From Octopus bimaculoides (Eukaryota), in NCBI RefSeq assembly GCF_001194135.2, contig NC_068983.1:130836686-130900685 (forward strand): a stretch of DNA of 64,000 nt, given 5' to 3'. Of the stretch, positions 1-12,698 are shown one piece after another. The first letter of the stretch is position 1, and each line of letters opens with the position of its first letter. The position numbers and the translations under genes are program-made. Under the pieces are notes generated by a model that saw nothing but the letters and a program-made list of their open reading frames with translations, was not told the DNA's origin and did no database searches.

Positions 1-675
1 ATAGTGGTGGATCAGTTTGGGTGCTATCCATATTAGTTAATGTGAGACTTAATAACGGGAGATAATCAATAGTTTCATTACGACATGGAATTCTTTCTGG
101 TGTTTTTTGATCCTTACTGCAAAATATGTGCGATGCCAAAACATGACGTTTGTCCTTGGAATGATGAAGTGTGCGCGAATAAAATTACTTTCGTTTGTTG
201 GAGCGGACAAAGTAAAGACAGTCTATTACATCTACTTGATTTAACTTCTTTGTGCACTACTAATACTCATACTCTCCTCAAACTCACATGTTTACATAAG
301 TTCATGTTTCATAAGTTGTGAGTCAGCACATATTGATTGCTGCACCTGAAAAGTGACGAGCCTAGCGTTGATTACAGAGAATTCTAAGATCATTCTGCTG
401 ATTGAATGGCATGTTGGTTAGCTATGGTGGATGTCAACTTCAAAGATCCTTCAAATATCCACACTGCTGGCCATGTAAATGCCTGCATGGTATAGTCTGA
501 CTTCATCTAACGCGCACACAAGGAAATACTTTTATGTACGTAAGGTAACCATGCCATTGCTTTAATGAATATATTTTGTAACATACGGAAAATATAAACG
601 AGGCTAAAAAAGCAACTTGTCATATAAGTACATCCATCGCTTGTTCAACGCCAGCTCTTCTTGAACTCTTATATA

Positions 676-1742
676 AAGAGTACGTCGGTTTTTTGAGATC
701 ATTTATATGTATTTAGAAAAAGATGCATAGCTCATCAAAGGAAAGTCGTATTCGAAAAGAAATTGATACAAATAATCTTGGTAATCCTTTCATCACACAT
801 ATTTAATGAACTACCGTTTGCATCACTAGGTGCTTCAATACGGGGTCTGAAGATTCTCTGATTTAGGAGGCTATGAGTCTGGGAGAACGTGATCCTGGAG
901 ATTGACATGCATCCATACTTGGGTTACCCCAAGCTTATGAGACGGCATAGAGTCTTGTTGACAGAAGTACGGTCTTCCGTTGCATACGCACAACATTGGC
1001 CAATAACATTGCCTCACATCATTCTCCAACATTTTTGTAGATAGCCCTGTGTTAAGAAAGTGAGGTGGCATTACATCTCCATTGTTGCTGAAGACACTCA
1101 GAATCATCACAGTTGCTGGGAAATTATTCTACATGACTACTGGAACCTAATTTGAGTTTCTGTATAGCCATCTGTTGTTTCTTCGGTTTACGTTTTAGTC
1201 CTGATCGAAGCGATAGCATTCAAGTCTCTAATTTGTTTAACTTGCGTAGCAATCACTTTGCTCGGATCGATTCTCTCTTGTCACATCCGACATAAACTGA
1301 CCCCCACCCTGTATCACATACGACTTGTACAGGACGTCCTCATACAAAACTCTTCTAATTGTGCATTCTGAAAACTTTCCCAAAGGTTCTCATTGATTTT
1401 CCAGGGATCTTATTCATATTTCTTAGACTTTTTTCTACAAGGTTATGTGTTCTGATGGTATTAGTAGCCTGTGCATACGTTTTGCGTTTAGTTGCTGATT
1501 TTGGATCCCCGTCAGCAGCTTCCAGCTCCTTTCGAACTTTGACAACGAAGGATTGGGCAACATTCATGAACCGAACTATCGCTGTACTACGCTTTTATGA
1601 GAACGATTACAGCGTGCCTTTTCATTTGTTAAGTCAACCTGTTGTCTGACATTATTTAGTTGAAAAGTATGGTATAAAAAAATGAATTAGAATACTGTTA
1701 GAGCGCTTGAAATTGTTGTCCTCAAAAAACTGGCGCACCCTG
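676..1742 (-). mobile_element. Decayed Tc1/mariner DNA transposon, maT/DD37D-like, with both TIRs and TA target duplication
   Basis: Minus ORFs 1355-1567 (N-terminal, VARSFVVKVRKEL-type) and 871-1110 (MILSVFSNNGDVMPPHF...QQDSMPSH) resemble maT-type transposase. TIRs: AAGAGTACGTCGGTTTTTTGAGATCA at 676 and the reverse complement of CAGGGTGCGCCAGTTTTTTGAGGACA ending 1742; flanked by TA at 674-675 and 1743-1744. Confidence 0.85.
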
Positions 1743-2467
1743 TACGTTATGTTTTGTCATAATGAGTATCCGTAATTGGTCTGATTTTCCTAAAGATACC
1801 TATTTGTATATTTTTCACATGCTTTAACGAGGGAAACTGGATTGAGGATTTCATGTATATCAGATGACATAAATACTGATGGCCTCAAACATCCCTGGAT
1901 TATCACCGTTCTCAAGCTGCTCAGTTGAAATGATTTTATCAAGATCAACCGATCACGCAACACATTAGTGTATGTGGTTCATGAAGCCTTCATTTCTTCA
2001 GTCATAAACATCACCAAGGATTTTTCCATACCTTATGTGTCAGTGAAGAATATTTTGCTATCCATGGAACACTCGATCTAGAGCTCATGCTGATCGTTCG
2101 GTTTGTTTTATGTGAAAAATGCCATTAGTTATATCAGGTAAATTAAATAAAGAGATTCGGTCTGCCAATTTTCCAGACGTAGACAGATGCATCTTGTGTT
2201 CATTCATGAATGTAAAATGGTGCTCTTCTGAAACTGAAGCGCAACATCTAAGTGACTGGCTGACCAAAATTCCTTTGAAGTCAATTCGAAGGTGGATGTA
2301 ATGCTCTGCTAATAAAAAAAAGCTTCATTTCTTTCCAGGAACCAATGTAACTGATTGAATCTTGGTGTATTTCATAAATTTTTAATCACAGATTTTGGTT
2401 GAACTGCTCTTCTACCACGAACAGGTAAGCGTTAGACATTATTGCTACTAATTCCTTAGGCTGTTTC

Positions 2468-2610
2468 TCAGTCTATATGAGTATGCATGTGTGTGTGCGT
2501 GCGTGCGTGCGTGTGTGTGCATGTGTCTGCGCGCGAGCATGCTTGTCTGTGTGTGTGCATGTCTATGTGTGTGTAAGTGTGTAAGTTTCTGTGTATGTGT
2601 TTGTGTGCGT
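2468..2610. repeat. (TG)n/(TGCG)n microsatellite
   Basis: Directly visible. Confidence 0.95.
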
Positions 2611-3267
2611 ATGTTTCATTGTTTTGTTCATTACAGGAGAAATTCTTGCAAAAATTGAAATTCATGCAGAAAAAATATATGAAATATTAACTGAAGAAAA
2701 AGATAAAGCCATCCACCTAACGTCACATTATCATATTTACCATAACTCACATTTCTCTCCTCCCCTGCCGTCATATCAATTTCTGTTTATTCATGTGAAT
2801 TGTTTCCTATACTCATCCTCTTTTAACCTCAATCTTATCTTCATTCTCGTAGCTTTCTTTCCGTGGTCTTCAATTTGATTCTTTTCTACTCCCATTTCTC
2901 ACATTGTTTTCATTTAATTTCTATTCTCTATTTTCTCACGTTTGTTTTTTTCATTTGTATATCTTCCCATCTCTATTTCTTCCTCTTGTTCTTTTATATT
3001 TTGAAATCATCCCACAATCCCTCCGTTTTTTTTTTTTTTTCATATAGTTCAAATTCTTCTCTCACCTTTTCTCTACTTTTAGCATCCTTCTCTTTCTTTC
3101 ATCTTGTACACAATTGCTCAAAACATTCATATTCTTGCATTTTGACATATTTATTCTTTCTCTCATATTTGTATCATTCTCTAATATTTCTTTTCCATTC
3201 TTATTATTTCTTTCTTTCCCCTACCAATATTCCATATATTTCTGTATTTTTCAGGAATCTTTTTTCT

Positions 3268-3343
3268 TCATATTATCATTATTATTATTAATATTTCTGT
3301 TTTCTTCTTCTTCATCCTCTTCTTCTTCTTCTTCTTCTTCTTC

Positions 3344-3424
<81 letters not shown>

Positions 3425-3543
3425 ATATTATTGCTATTATTTATATAGTATTATTGTTGTTGTTGTTGCTGTTATAAATATCGCATCATTAGTAGTATAC
3501 TTTTCTTTTTCGCTCTGGTATTTTCTATTTTCCGTTCTTTCAT

Positions 3544-3592
<49 letters not shown>

Positions 3593-3908
3593 TTCTTCTT
3601 CTTCTTCTTCTTCTTCTTCTTCTTCTTCTTCTTCTTCTTCTTCTTCTTCTTCTTCTTCTTCATCTTCATCTTCTTCTACTACTACTACTACTACTACTAA
3701 TAATAATAATAATAATAATAATAATACCACCACCACCACCATCGCTACTACTAATACTACTACTACTACTGTTACGACATCTCTTTCTAATTCTTTTACT
3801 TCTTTTAATCATCATCATCATCATCACCACCACAACAACCACCACCATCATCTTCATCACCATCTCCATCACCACCACTACCACCACCACCATCACCCCA
3901 TCATCATT

Positions 3909-3965
<57 letters not shown>

Positions 3966-4045
3966 GTCGTCGTCGTCGTCGTCATCATCTTCATCATCAT
4001 CATCATCTTCATCATCATCATCATCACCATCATCATCAAGCGTTG
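3268..4045. repeat. Compound trinucleotide/tetranucleotide array (TAT, TCT, TAG, TTG, TTTC, CTA, TAA, CAC, CAT, CGT)
   Basis: Directly visible; explains the homopolymer-rich ORFs at 3114-4067. Confidence 0.95.
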
Positions 4046-7000
4046 TAGCAATCATTATTTGATGCAATAGTAGCTGTAATGACCGTCTTCCATTAGTTAT
4101 CCCCTAAACTTCTTCACATCTGTCTTCTTTTCCTACTCTTTATGAATAATAGTGTCTTTGTCGTTTTATTTATTTATTTTTTTATTCTTATTTTTATACT
4201 CTCATCATCCATCTCCATTCCATTTCTTCTCTCTTTCTCCAGTTTTGTTCCTCAGTTATATAAGTATTATTGTTGCTACTGCTACTCGGTAGATATGTAT
4301 TTTATGTTTGTCTGGATCACGTGGAAAAGACTGTGATTTTGGTGATAGAATTATAGAAATACTGGGTGTACTACTAATGTGTCTATATTCGTGAGTGAAT
4401 AAATGCATAATTGCTGGCACTAACTGTTTTCAAGCTAGAGTGTGTTGCTAAGAAGTTTCTTCTTTTTATCATACATATATACATACAGATATATATATAT
4501 ATATATATATATATANNNNNNNNNNNNNNNNNNNNNNNNNNNNNNNNNNNNNNNNNNNNNNNNNNNNNNNNNNNNNNNNNNNNNNNNNNNNNNNNNNNNN
4601 NNNNNNNNNNNNNNNNNNNNNNNNNNNNNNNNNNNNNNNNNNNNNNNNNNNNNNNNNNNNNNNNNNNNNNNNNNNNNNNNNNNNNNNNNNNNNNNNNNNN
4701 NNNNNNNNNNNNNNNNNNNNNNNNNNNNNNNNNNNNNNNNNNNNNNNNNNNNNNNNNNNNNNNNNNNNNNNNNNNNNNNNNNNNNNNNNNNNNNNNNNNN
4801 NNNNNNNNNNNNNNNNNNNNNNNNNNNNNNNNNNNNNNNNNNNNNNNNNNNNNNNNNNNNNNNNNNNNNNNNNNNNNNNNNNNNNNNNNNNNNNNNNNNN
4901 NNNNNNNNNNNNNNNNNNNNNNNNNNNNNNNNNNNNNNNNNNNNNNNNNNNNNNNNNNNNNNNNNNNNNNNNNNNNNNNNTGTGTGTGTGTGTGTGTGTG
5001 TGTGTATACTGAGAGATACAGATGGATATATATCGTGTGTGCATAACTGTGTAAGTTTTTGTGCGTGTATATATGTGTGTATGTATGTATGCATGTATGT
5101 ATGTATGTATGTATCTATGTATGTACATATGCATGAATGTATATGCATATATATTTATATGTAAGTGTGTATGTGTGTATGTATGAATGTGTGTATGTAT
5201 ATATAAAGCGGTTTTGTTTTTTATCAGTCTTTCTCGCTGCTTTTCTAACTGTAAACAGTTTTATGAAATACTTATATGCACAAAACAGAGTTACGTCAGC
5301 CTCGAGATATTCGAGTATGTGAGAGTTTTTTTCCAATGTCGTGTAGTATCATGTTTTACGTAATAAAACATACTAAATACGAGATCATACACGCGTATAT
5401 GTATTTGCATCTGTAGGTGTATGCACATAGGTACGTATGATTGTATATCTATACGCATGTATGTCTATACACCCTCAGACACGCACTGACATGTGCATGT
5501 ATCGTTTAGTACCTAGTTTTTTTTTTATCTTCTTATATATGTGTGTGTGTGTGTATGTGTATGTGTATGAATGTACATACATACAAATAAAAATGCATAC
5601 AAAAGCGCAGACAAAGACGCGCATACACACGTATGCATCCAGAGAAAGAGAAAATAGGAAAGAGAGAGTGAGAGTGAGCAAGAGTCTTGGAGAGAGTTGT
5701 ATGCATTTTTTCTGTACAGACGAGATGAAAATGAACTCAATACATTATGTCGGTATTTATTCGTTTATTCGTAGCGGTGGTATCAGTTTCGAGTAAAAAA
5801 AATTATCTATCTGTCATCCTCCTCTCTCTCCTCCTCCCCCTTCTCTCTATCTCTCTCTCTCTCTNNNNNNNNNNNNNNNNNNNNNNNNNNNNNNNNNNNN
5901 NNNNNNNNNNNNNNNNNNNNNNNNNNNNNNNNNNNNNNNNNNNNNNNNNNNNNNNNNNNNNNNNNNNNNNNNNNNNNNNNNNNNNNNNNNNNNNNNNNNN
6001 NNNNNNNNNNNNNNNNNNNNNNNNNNNNNNNNNNNNNNNNNNNNNNNNNNNNNNNNNNNNNNNNNNNNNNNNNNNNNNNNNNNNNNNNNNNNNNNNNNNN
6101 NNNNNNNNNNNNNNNNNNNNNNNNNNNNNNNNNNNNNNNNNNNNNNNNNNNNNNNNNNNNNNNNNNNNNNNNNNNNNNNNNNNNNNNNNNNNNNNNNNNN
6201 NNNNNNNNNNNNNNNNNNNNNNNNNNNNNNNNNNNNNNNNNNNNNNNNNNNNNNNNNNNTATATATATATATATATATATATGTATATAAATAGACAATG
6301 TTCATTCATTTTTTGTTTCATCTTATTTTATTTGTTTCTATGTATGTTGTTTTGCTACTACCATTCATATTGGCAGCAATTTCTCCCGATTCACAGGATA
6401 TAATCAAATGACATTACTAATAAATAAAACGAAATAGATGTTACCAAAACTATATGTGCACAGAATAAGATGTCTAAAGATGGAAATTTTATTTCTTTCC
6501 AAGTATTAGGGTGAAATTTTTGAATATTCTAAATGCCTCTTCCTTACTACAAAGAACCAGAAGAAATCATCTTCTTAGCGAAGCTTCTTGAAACGTTATA
6601 GTTTGGAATAGAAGGATGTACAAAAGTAGCAGCCACATTTACTGCAATAATACCATTGTTAATAACAATATTAGGTACGGCACATATAGTGCCTTCAGAA
6701 CTTGCTCTAGAATAGGAAAGAAAACCTACTCTATGTACCCAAATCTCATGGAGCTGGGTTCATTTATGCAATGAAAGTGTGCATTAATATAGAATTACTG
6801 AAATATTAATAACAAGACTGCAGAAAGAAATTGACTTCAAAACTATATCCATAATATGCACGTCTACGGCTTACAAAGTTTTAGTTGAAATAATTTCACA
6901 CAAATGGAATACAAATATAGACAATTATGAAAAAAAAAAATACTGTTATGAATTTTTCTCATAGTCAACAATGTAATACTCGTTACCCCCACTCACGTTT

Positions 7001-7984
7001 CAACAAATTTAATAGCAGATTAGACATTGAATAAGGTTTCAAGGGAGGTAACATTCCTATTTTTAGTGCTTTTAGTCTTGCCCACCGCGTAACCTTATTT
7101 GTCCTAGCTGTCAGATAGAAGAGCGCTGCCTTCTATTCCCGGTGAAAGGAAGTCTTCTCATGATTACCTACGGGGTATCCAATCACAACAGCTGACATAA
7201 CTCCAGAAAGCAACAAAATGGCGAAACTAAGTGGAAGAAGAAAGCTTTTGTCGTACAGCTCGTATGTAGATTTTTTTTCTTTTGGCCAGACATAATGATC
7301 TTGTTATTGTTACAAAGATGACGTTATATTAATACACAAGTGAAATAGAAAGTTAAATGGATAGTAATATAACCCCAGAACATTCATTTGTTTCAATAGC
7401 TGTTACTGACGGAAACAAATACATATCTATTCTGCAAGCATTATGGCAATATAAATACATATGAGTGAGTGGTATGTGTAACTGTGTATGTGTGACTGTA
7501 TGTGCGTGCATGCGTGTGTTTGCGTTTGTCTTTGAGTGTGTGTGCCATCGTGCGCTTTTTGTTTGTCAATATAGGTATATGCGTGATTGTACACATGTAT
7601 TTATATGTATGTATGTATGTATGTATGTATGCGTAACTGCAAATATGCTCGTGTATGTATATGTGTGTGTGTGCGCATGTATATATGTGTGTACATTATT
7701 GCTCCAGTGATCTCCTAAATCTCTCTGAAACACATCATTAGACCTAATATCATACTGAAGCGTTCATTAAATTGTCCTCAACTACAATACGAAAGTGCCC
7801 TCAGAAATGTTTGCCAGTCTGTAATAAGGTTGTTATTTCTTTATTCTCTTTTCTATCTTTTCTTATTTTATTTGTTTCATATTTCGTTCATATATTTTTA
7901 ATTTCTTGTTTTTTAACACTATATTACACACTATTACGGAGTACAGTAAAAAAAAAATGTAATGGATAGGAACTGTGTGTACTA

Positions 7985-8115
7985 AAATACAGCAAGATGT
8001 TTGCAAATGAAACGAGATGTTGCGAGATGTAGTGACGTGTAACGAAATGTGGCGAAATGTTGCGAGATGTAACGGCGTGGAACGAAACGTGGCAAAATGT
8101 TAACGATACGAAAAC
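7985..8115. repeat. Degenerate 5/10-bp periodic repeat (AACGA/GATGT/GCGAAATGT units)
   Basis: Recurrent units such as gttgcgagatgt and aacgaaatgtgg. Confidence 0.6.
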
Positions 8116-8899
8116 AAGTTTTGCCATGCCTACAATGAGAAAAATAAAGTATATACTACTTACTATCATAAGTCTCCCATTTAAATTTTTTCCCTAGATT
8201 TGCTTTTCACTGAATCAAATAGCTTAATAGTTTAGACGGAAGTAAAATTACGCAGAAATAATGACCTCAATATGTTCAATTGAAAAGAGGAAATCTTTCC
8301 ATTGTTCTAACTTTCTCTTTTGCTTTTTATCTGCTTTCATAGCTTAACAGTCTGGTAGAGTATAATGTTTCTTCTTACAAAGTAACAAACCCTACGGTTT
8401 GAAAAGAAATGAATGATTTATCAGTTTCCTCTATTGTTTCTTTCTACGAAAATATTATCTTTCATTTCCAAACAAGGCCTCAGGTTTAAGAGATTGACCA
8501 TACCAATTAGATGAACATCCAGTCCTTGATTAGTAGTTACATTATCGATCATGGAAACCTGTAAACCAAACCTACCACCTCAAAATTTGAACTGAGATTT
8601 CGGAAGGTACGCAACACACTACTACTCCAAAATATTAATCGGAAAAATCAGACCCTTTTTTCTTAAATGCGCTTCTTTTTTTTTTTTGTCTTCTTCTCGT
8701 GTAATGTCCAAAACATTTCTTTTTATTGAGATGTCTTTTCGTCTGCTTTTTGTTTTCTGTAAAACCTAGCAATAGATAATTTCTTAATAACAATTGTGTT
8801 TATAGCTCTATATTTAAAAGATGAAGAATTATGTACATTATTTACATTATTTACATTTTTAACGTTTGACGGATATTTGTCCTCATCTTGTTTGTTGTT

Positions 8900-8945
8900 A
8901 ACACAACGTTTCGGCTGATATACCCTTCAGCCTTCATCGGGTTTC
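8900..8945 (-). ncRNA. Minimal type-I hammerhead ribozyme motif (left arm; core variant CCGAUGA)
   Basis: Minus strand reads gaaac-CCGATGA-a-ggctg-aagggtatat-cagcc-GAAAC-GT-T-gtgtt. Stem II is ggctg/cagcc and stem III is the palindrome ACGT. Confidence 0.6.
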
Positions 8946-9021
8946 TTGGGGAAATTTCGAAACTGGGTTCTCATTCCTAAGGTATTTTTTCGATGTTATT
9001 ATTATTATTATTATTATTATT

Positions 9022-9094
9022 CAGGTCACTGCTTGGAATCGAACTCGGAATCTTGATGCTGGTAGCCTGCGCTCTTAACCACTATACCGTATGC
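9022..9094 (-). mobile_element. tRNA-derived Pol III head (SINE-like)
   Basis: Minus strand: A-box-like CGGTATAGTGG (9089-9079) and B-box AGTTCGATTCC (9045-9035), followed by (AAT)n. Confidence 0.7.
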
Positions 9095-9109
9095 CCGGGA
9101 GCATATGGC

Positions 9110-9143
<34 letters not shown>

Positions 9144-9196
9144 CAACATCAAAAAATACCTTAGGAATGAGAACCCAGGTTCGAAATTTCCCCCAA

Positions 9197-9242
9197 GACA
9201 CCAGATGAAGGCTGGAGGGTATATCAGCCGAAACGTTGTGTT
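9197..9242 (+). ncRNA. Minimal type-I hammerhead ribozyme motif (right arm; core variant CAGAUGA)
   Basis: gacac-CAGATGA-a-ggctg-gagggtatat-cagcc-GAAAC-GT-T-gtgtt. Stem I gacac/gtgtt, stem II ggctg/cagcc, palindromic stem III ACGT. Confidence 0.65.
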
Positions 9243-10516
9243 AACAACAAACAATATGAGGACAAATATCCGTCAAATGTAAATAATGTAAATAATGTAA
9301 ATAGTGTAACTAATTCTGTTTATAGTTAGATGCAGTTTGCATTGTATATGTTATTTTCTCTCTTGATTTTTAGATTTTTAACATCAGTTTTATTATTAAA
9401 AATTTTTTTTTTTACAGATTTGTCTGTTCGATTTGAAGGATAAAGGCCACTATTTCATGTTATATCAATCTCANNNNNNNNNNNNNNNNNNNNNNNNNNN
9501 NNNNNNNNNNNNNNNNNNNNNNNNNNNNNNNNNNNNNNNNNNNNNNNNNNNNNNNNNNNNNNNNNNNNNNNNNNNNNNNNNNNNNNNNNNNNNNNNNTAT
9601 ATATATATATATATATCTGTCTGTATGTCTACCTACTACTTGAAAAACGTACAATAATGCTAGTTCTCTTTCGCTGTGCCAATCTGCATTTCCTTAGCTG
9701 TTTGTGTTCCTATGTTCTTACAAAGTTATATGCAATTTTTTTCTTGTTTTTTTTTTTTTATCTGTAAATAAACATTTTATTTCACACTTCGTTTATATTT
9801 AATTAACTTTAACTTCAAAACATTTGACAAGTGTTACATCAGAATTAAACATCAACTTCTTGATGAAGTGTTGTTTCTCACACTCTCAACGTATTGTGTC
9901 TAACTGTTAGACACCATCTGCGTAGTGCCTGTTTCTCATCAATTCGAGATTTAATCATCGTCACCGTTGTTATCGTTGTGATTTTAATTAGCTACAGGTA
10001 AAATCTGACAGGTTAGCACTATGATGAAAACATTTTAAACATGACCAGCCCATCTTTTGAATGATATCCAAACTTTTATTATTTAGTACGTATACTTCCC
10101 TTTTCCAGACTTTAGTGTTTGATTTGGAGATGATTTGACAAGTGTATATTTCTGGTGATAAGTCCATAATCAAGCTCTGATGTCAAATACAATTTTACCG
10201 GGATTGAAGGTGCTTTATTATTACGAAGATAAAGTTCAACTGCTATGATCCCTTTGTGAATCACTGAAATTTAGTGGGCTGGGTCCTCAGACATACAAAC
10301 TTACATATATGTTTGTGATGGAAAGATGTCATGGCGTCGTAGGTTAAAACTTTTTCTCCTCCCGTTCTTCCCTTCTTCAACATATATGTTGCGACAAGGG
10401 TTATCACCCCCTTTCATTCCTCCCTTTCTTTCCTTTCTACATATATGCTGTGACAGACAGACAGACAAATGGGAATCAGCCTGACTTTTACAGTTTAGAT
10501 TATTTTGAAATGGATG

Positions 10517-10690
10517 TAGTCATTGCTATCAGTTTAAGAAGCTTACTTCATATCTTAGTGGTTTCTAGTTAGATCCCACTGAAGAGTAAATATCTCAAGC
10601 AAGTGTCTTATCTCACAGACTTGAAATGACCAAAACCTTGTAAACTGAATTTCGATAGGAAAAATCTATGTGGAAGCCCCTTTGGGTATG
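10517..10690 (+). mobile_element. Highly degenerate SINE (family B-like)
   Basis: Weak similarity to the head at 27305-27367 (aagaagcttacttc...gtggtttctagttagatcccactg) plus a caagcaagtgtctt/accaaaaccttgt body; by-eye only. Confidence 0.35.
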
Positions 10691-11057
10691 GGGGTTGAAT
10701 CGTCGATGTCTTTAATCTATCCCGTTTTAATATCATCACGTACTATATTAATGACCTTTAGCAGAGTCCACTGTGCTCCAAGCATTCTGGGCAGGTATCC
10801 ACTATGAGCATTTCATTTCCTTCGAAGTTTTATCCCTAAACAGTGGAATGGAATTTAACTCTTCTTTCTAGCGTGCAAGGAATTCATATGAGGGATGCCT
10901 CGTGTTTAATTGTACCCTGTATTTATATGAATAATATATAGTCTATTGACTAAATTTTACACGCTAGGCCACTGGTAGTAGAAATTTCGAATATTTCTCA
11001 TTGCCCTTGATATTATTAATTATATATATATGTATAGAAAAAAATGTATATATATAC

Positions 11058-11090
<33 letters not shown>

Positions 11091-11653
11091 NNNNNNNNNN
11101 NNNNNNNNNNNNNNNNNNNNNNNNNNNNNNNNNNNNNNNNNNNNNNNNNNNNNNNNNNNGTATATATATATATATATACGTATATATGTATGTATGTGTG
11201 TGCGTCAGTGTATATGTATGTATACATATGTGTGTGTCTGTGTCTGTCTGTATATAATATATATACATATATATATACACATACATATACAAAAAATGAG
11301 AGTACAGGAAGGTTGGGTGACGCTCCTTAAGTTCTAACGTACAAAATGTGAAATCAATTGATACCAAGATATCTATTCTTGCTTTTGTCATATTCGTTAC
11401 ATTCACCGTACGTGTTTTTTAATAGTGAGAAAAAAGTTTCTTTGGAGTGTTAACTCCTATTTCTAGCAAGTGGCATTCAGGTACCCTAATTTATTTGTAT
11501 ATTTTATCTATATAGGTTTAACTTGCTGGTCACTTTATTATTATTATTGTCATTTTTAATAATGGCAGTAATACTTTATTAAATTATATACATATAAGAT
11601 GAGGATCCGGATAGAATCAGGTACTAGAAACGATATGCACCAAGTAGGGTTGG

Positions 11654-12512
11654 GGGATCTATTTTAAAACGGGGCCACAGTTATCATTAATGTTTTACGT
11701 AGTGTTTTTGGTACCGAAAGACTTTCAAACTTCGTATACTTATCTATTTTGTGTTATAGAACAGAAAAATATTTTTGTATTCGAATTTATTTCATGTAAA
11801 AAATTATCTTATTTCGATAATTTCAACCAATCACTGACAAGTATTCAGTTGTTTACATTTACTCCTTTGGCTGATTAAGCGGTGTAAAGCGTATTTAATC
11901 TCCATAACTTCTGACATTTGCAGAGAGGCAACACGTGTGTTCGTTTTCCTTCGTTAAATTTGCTTTTTTTCATTTTAAATTTGCTTTTTTCATTTTCTTT
12001 TTTTTTTGCTTCGTTTTATTTGCTTTTTTCATTTTAAATTTGCTTTCTCATTTTCTTTTTTTTCACTTCGTTTTATTTGCTTTTTTCTTTTTAAATTTGC
12101 TGTTTTACCCTAACCCTAACCCTAACCCTAACCCTAACCCTAACTCTAACCCTAACCCTAGGGTTAGGGTTAGGGTTAGGGTTAGCCTATAATAGAAAGG
12201 TTTATTAGCTACTGCCAATATGCTTCAATCATTTTTTGACAAGGAAATAATAATAATTTTATCACCGATAGAATTGTTTCAGAATCGTTTGTTTATGTAG
12301 TCGGCACTTAATGTATATCGGCTGAATGGACGTCAATGATTGGTTGAAATTACAAAAATACGACAACTTTAACATGGAATAACTTAGGGATTTCTTTTTT
12401 TTTTAAGAAGACTAAGAGAAAAAGATGTTTTATATGACACATTCTACCAGTGTTCCAAGTTTCAAAGTGTTTCGTTAAGAAAATACTGTGGCCCCGTTTT
12501 AAAATAGATCCC
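11654..12512. mobile_element. Non-autonomous TIR element (MITE/foldback-like) containing telomeric repeats
   Basis: Perfect terminal inverted repeat GGGATCTATTTTAAAACGGGGCCACAGT (11654 / ending 12512), extending imperfectly ~200 bp (shared taatttcaaccaatca). Internal ~60-bp T-rich tandem repeat x3 at ~11945-12105. No TSD recognised. Confidence 0.85.
12108..12185. repeat. Interstitial telomeric repeats in inverted arrangement, (CCCTAA)n-(TTAGGG)n
   Basis: About 8 CCCTAA units joined through CCCTAGGG (12156-12163) to about 4 TTAGGG units. Confidence 0.95.
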
Positions 12513-12698
12513 TGTTGTTCAAGCTTATGATTGGTGAGAATCGAAATATCAGATAGGATATTTTGGTTGAGTACAACAGAGAAAAATCATGAGCATTTAG
12601 CGCTTAAGGGGCTGGTTCAAATCATGCGTTACTTTGAATAGTACGTATCTGGTATATTATAATCAAATGAATAATAACAAACAATGGATAATTGTCGG

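Larger units (their letters stand above)
8826..9316. mobile_element. Palindromic non-autonomous element: inverted ~190-bp arms with hammerhead-like motifs around a tRNA-like head
   Basis: 8826-9020 is the near reverse complement of 9111-9316. Apex hairpin CCGTATGC-ccggga-GCATATGG at 9087-9108. Confidence 0.85.

Noticed and set aside
1760-2330. Possible transposase fragment
   Set aside because: Translations gave no consistent collinear motifs.
9022-9094. Genuine tRNA gene
   Set aside because: A/B boxes are present but I could not build a convincing cloverleaf or acceptor stem; it is embedded in a repeat. The same applies to the family A, B and C SINE heads.
12108-12185. Telomere-fusion site
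   Set aside because: Orientation is CCCTAA then TTAGGG, opposite to a fusion scar, and it lies inside a TIR element.
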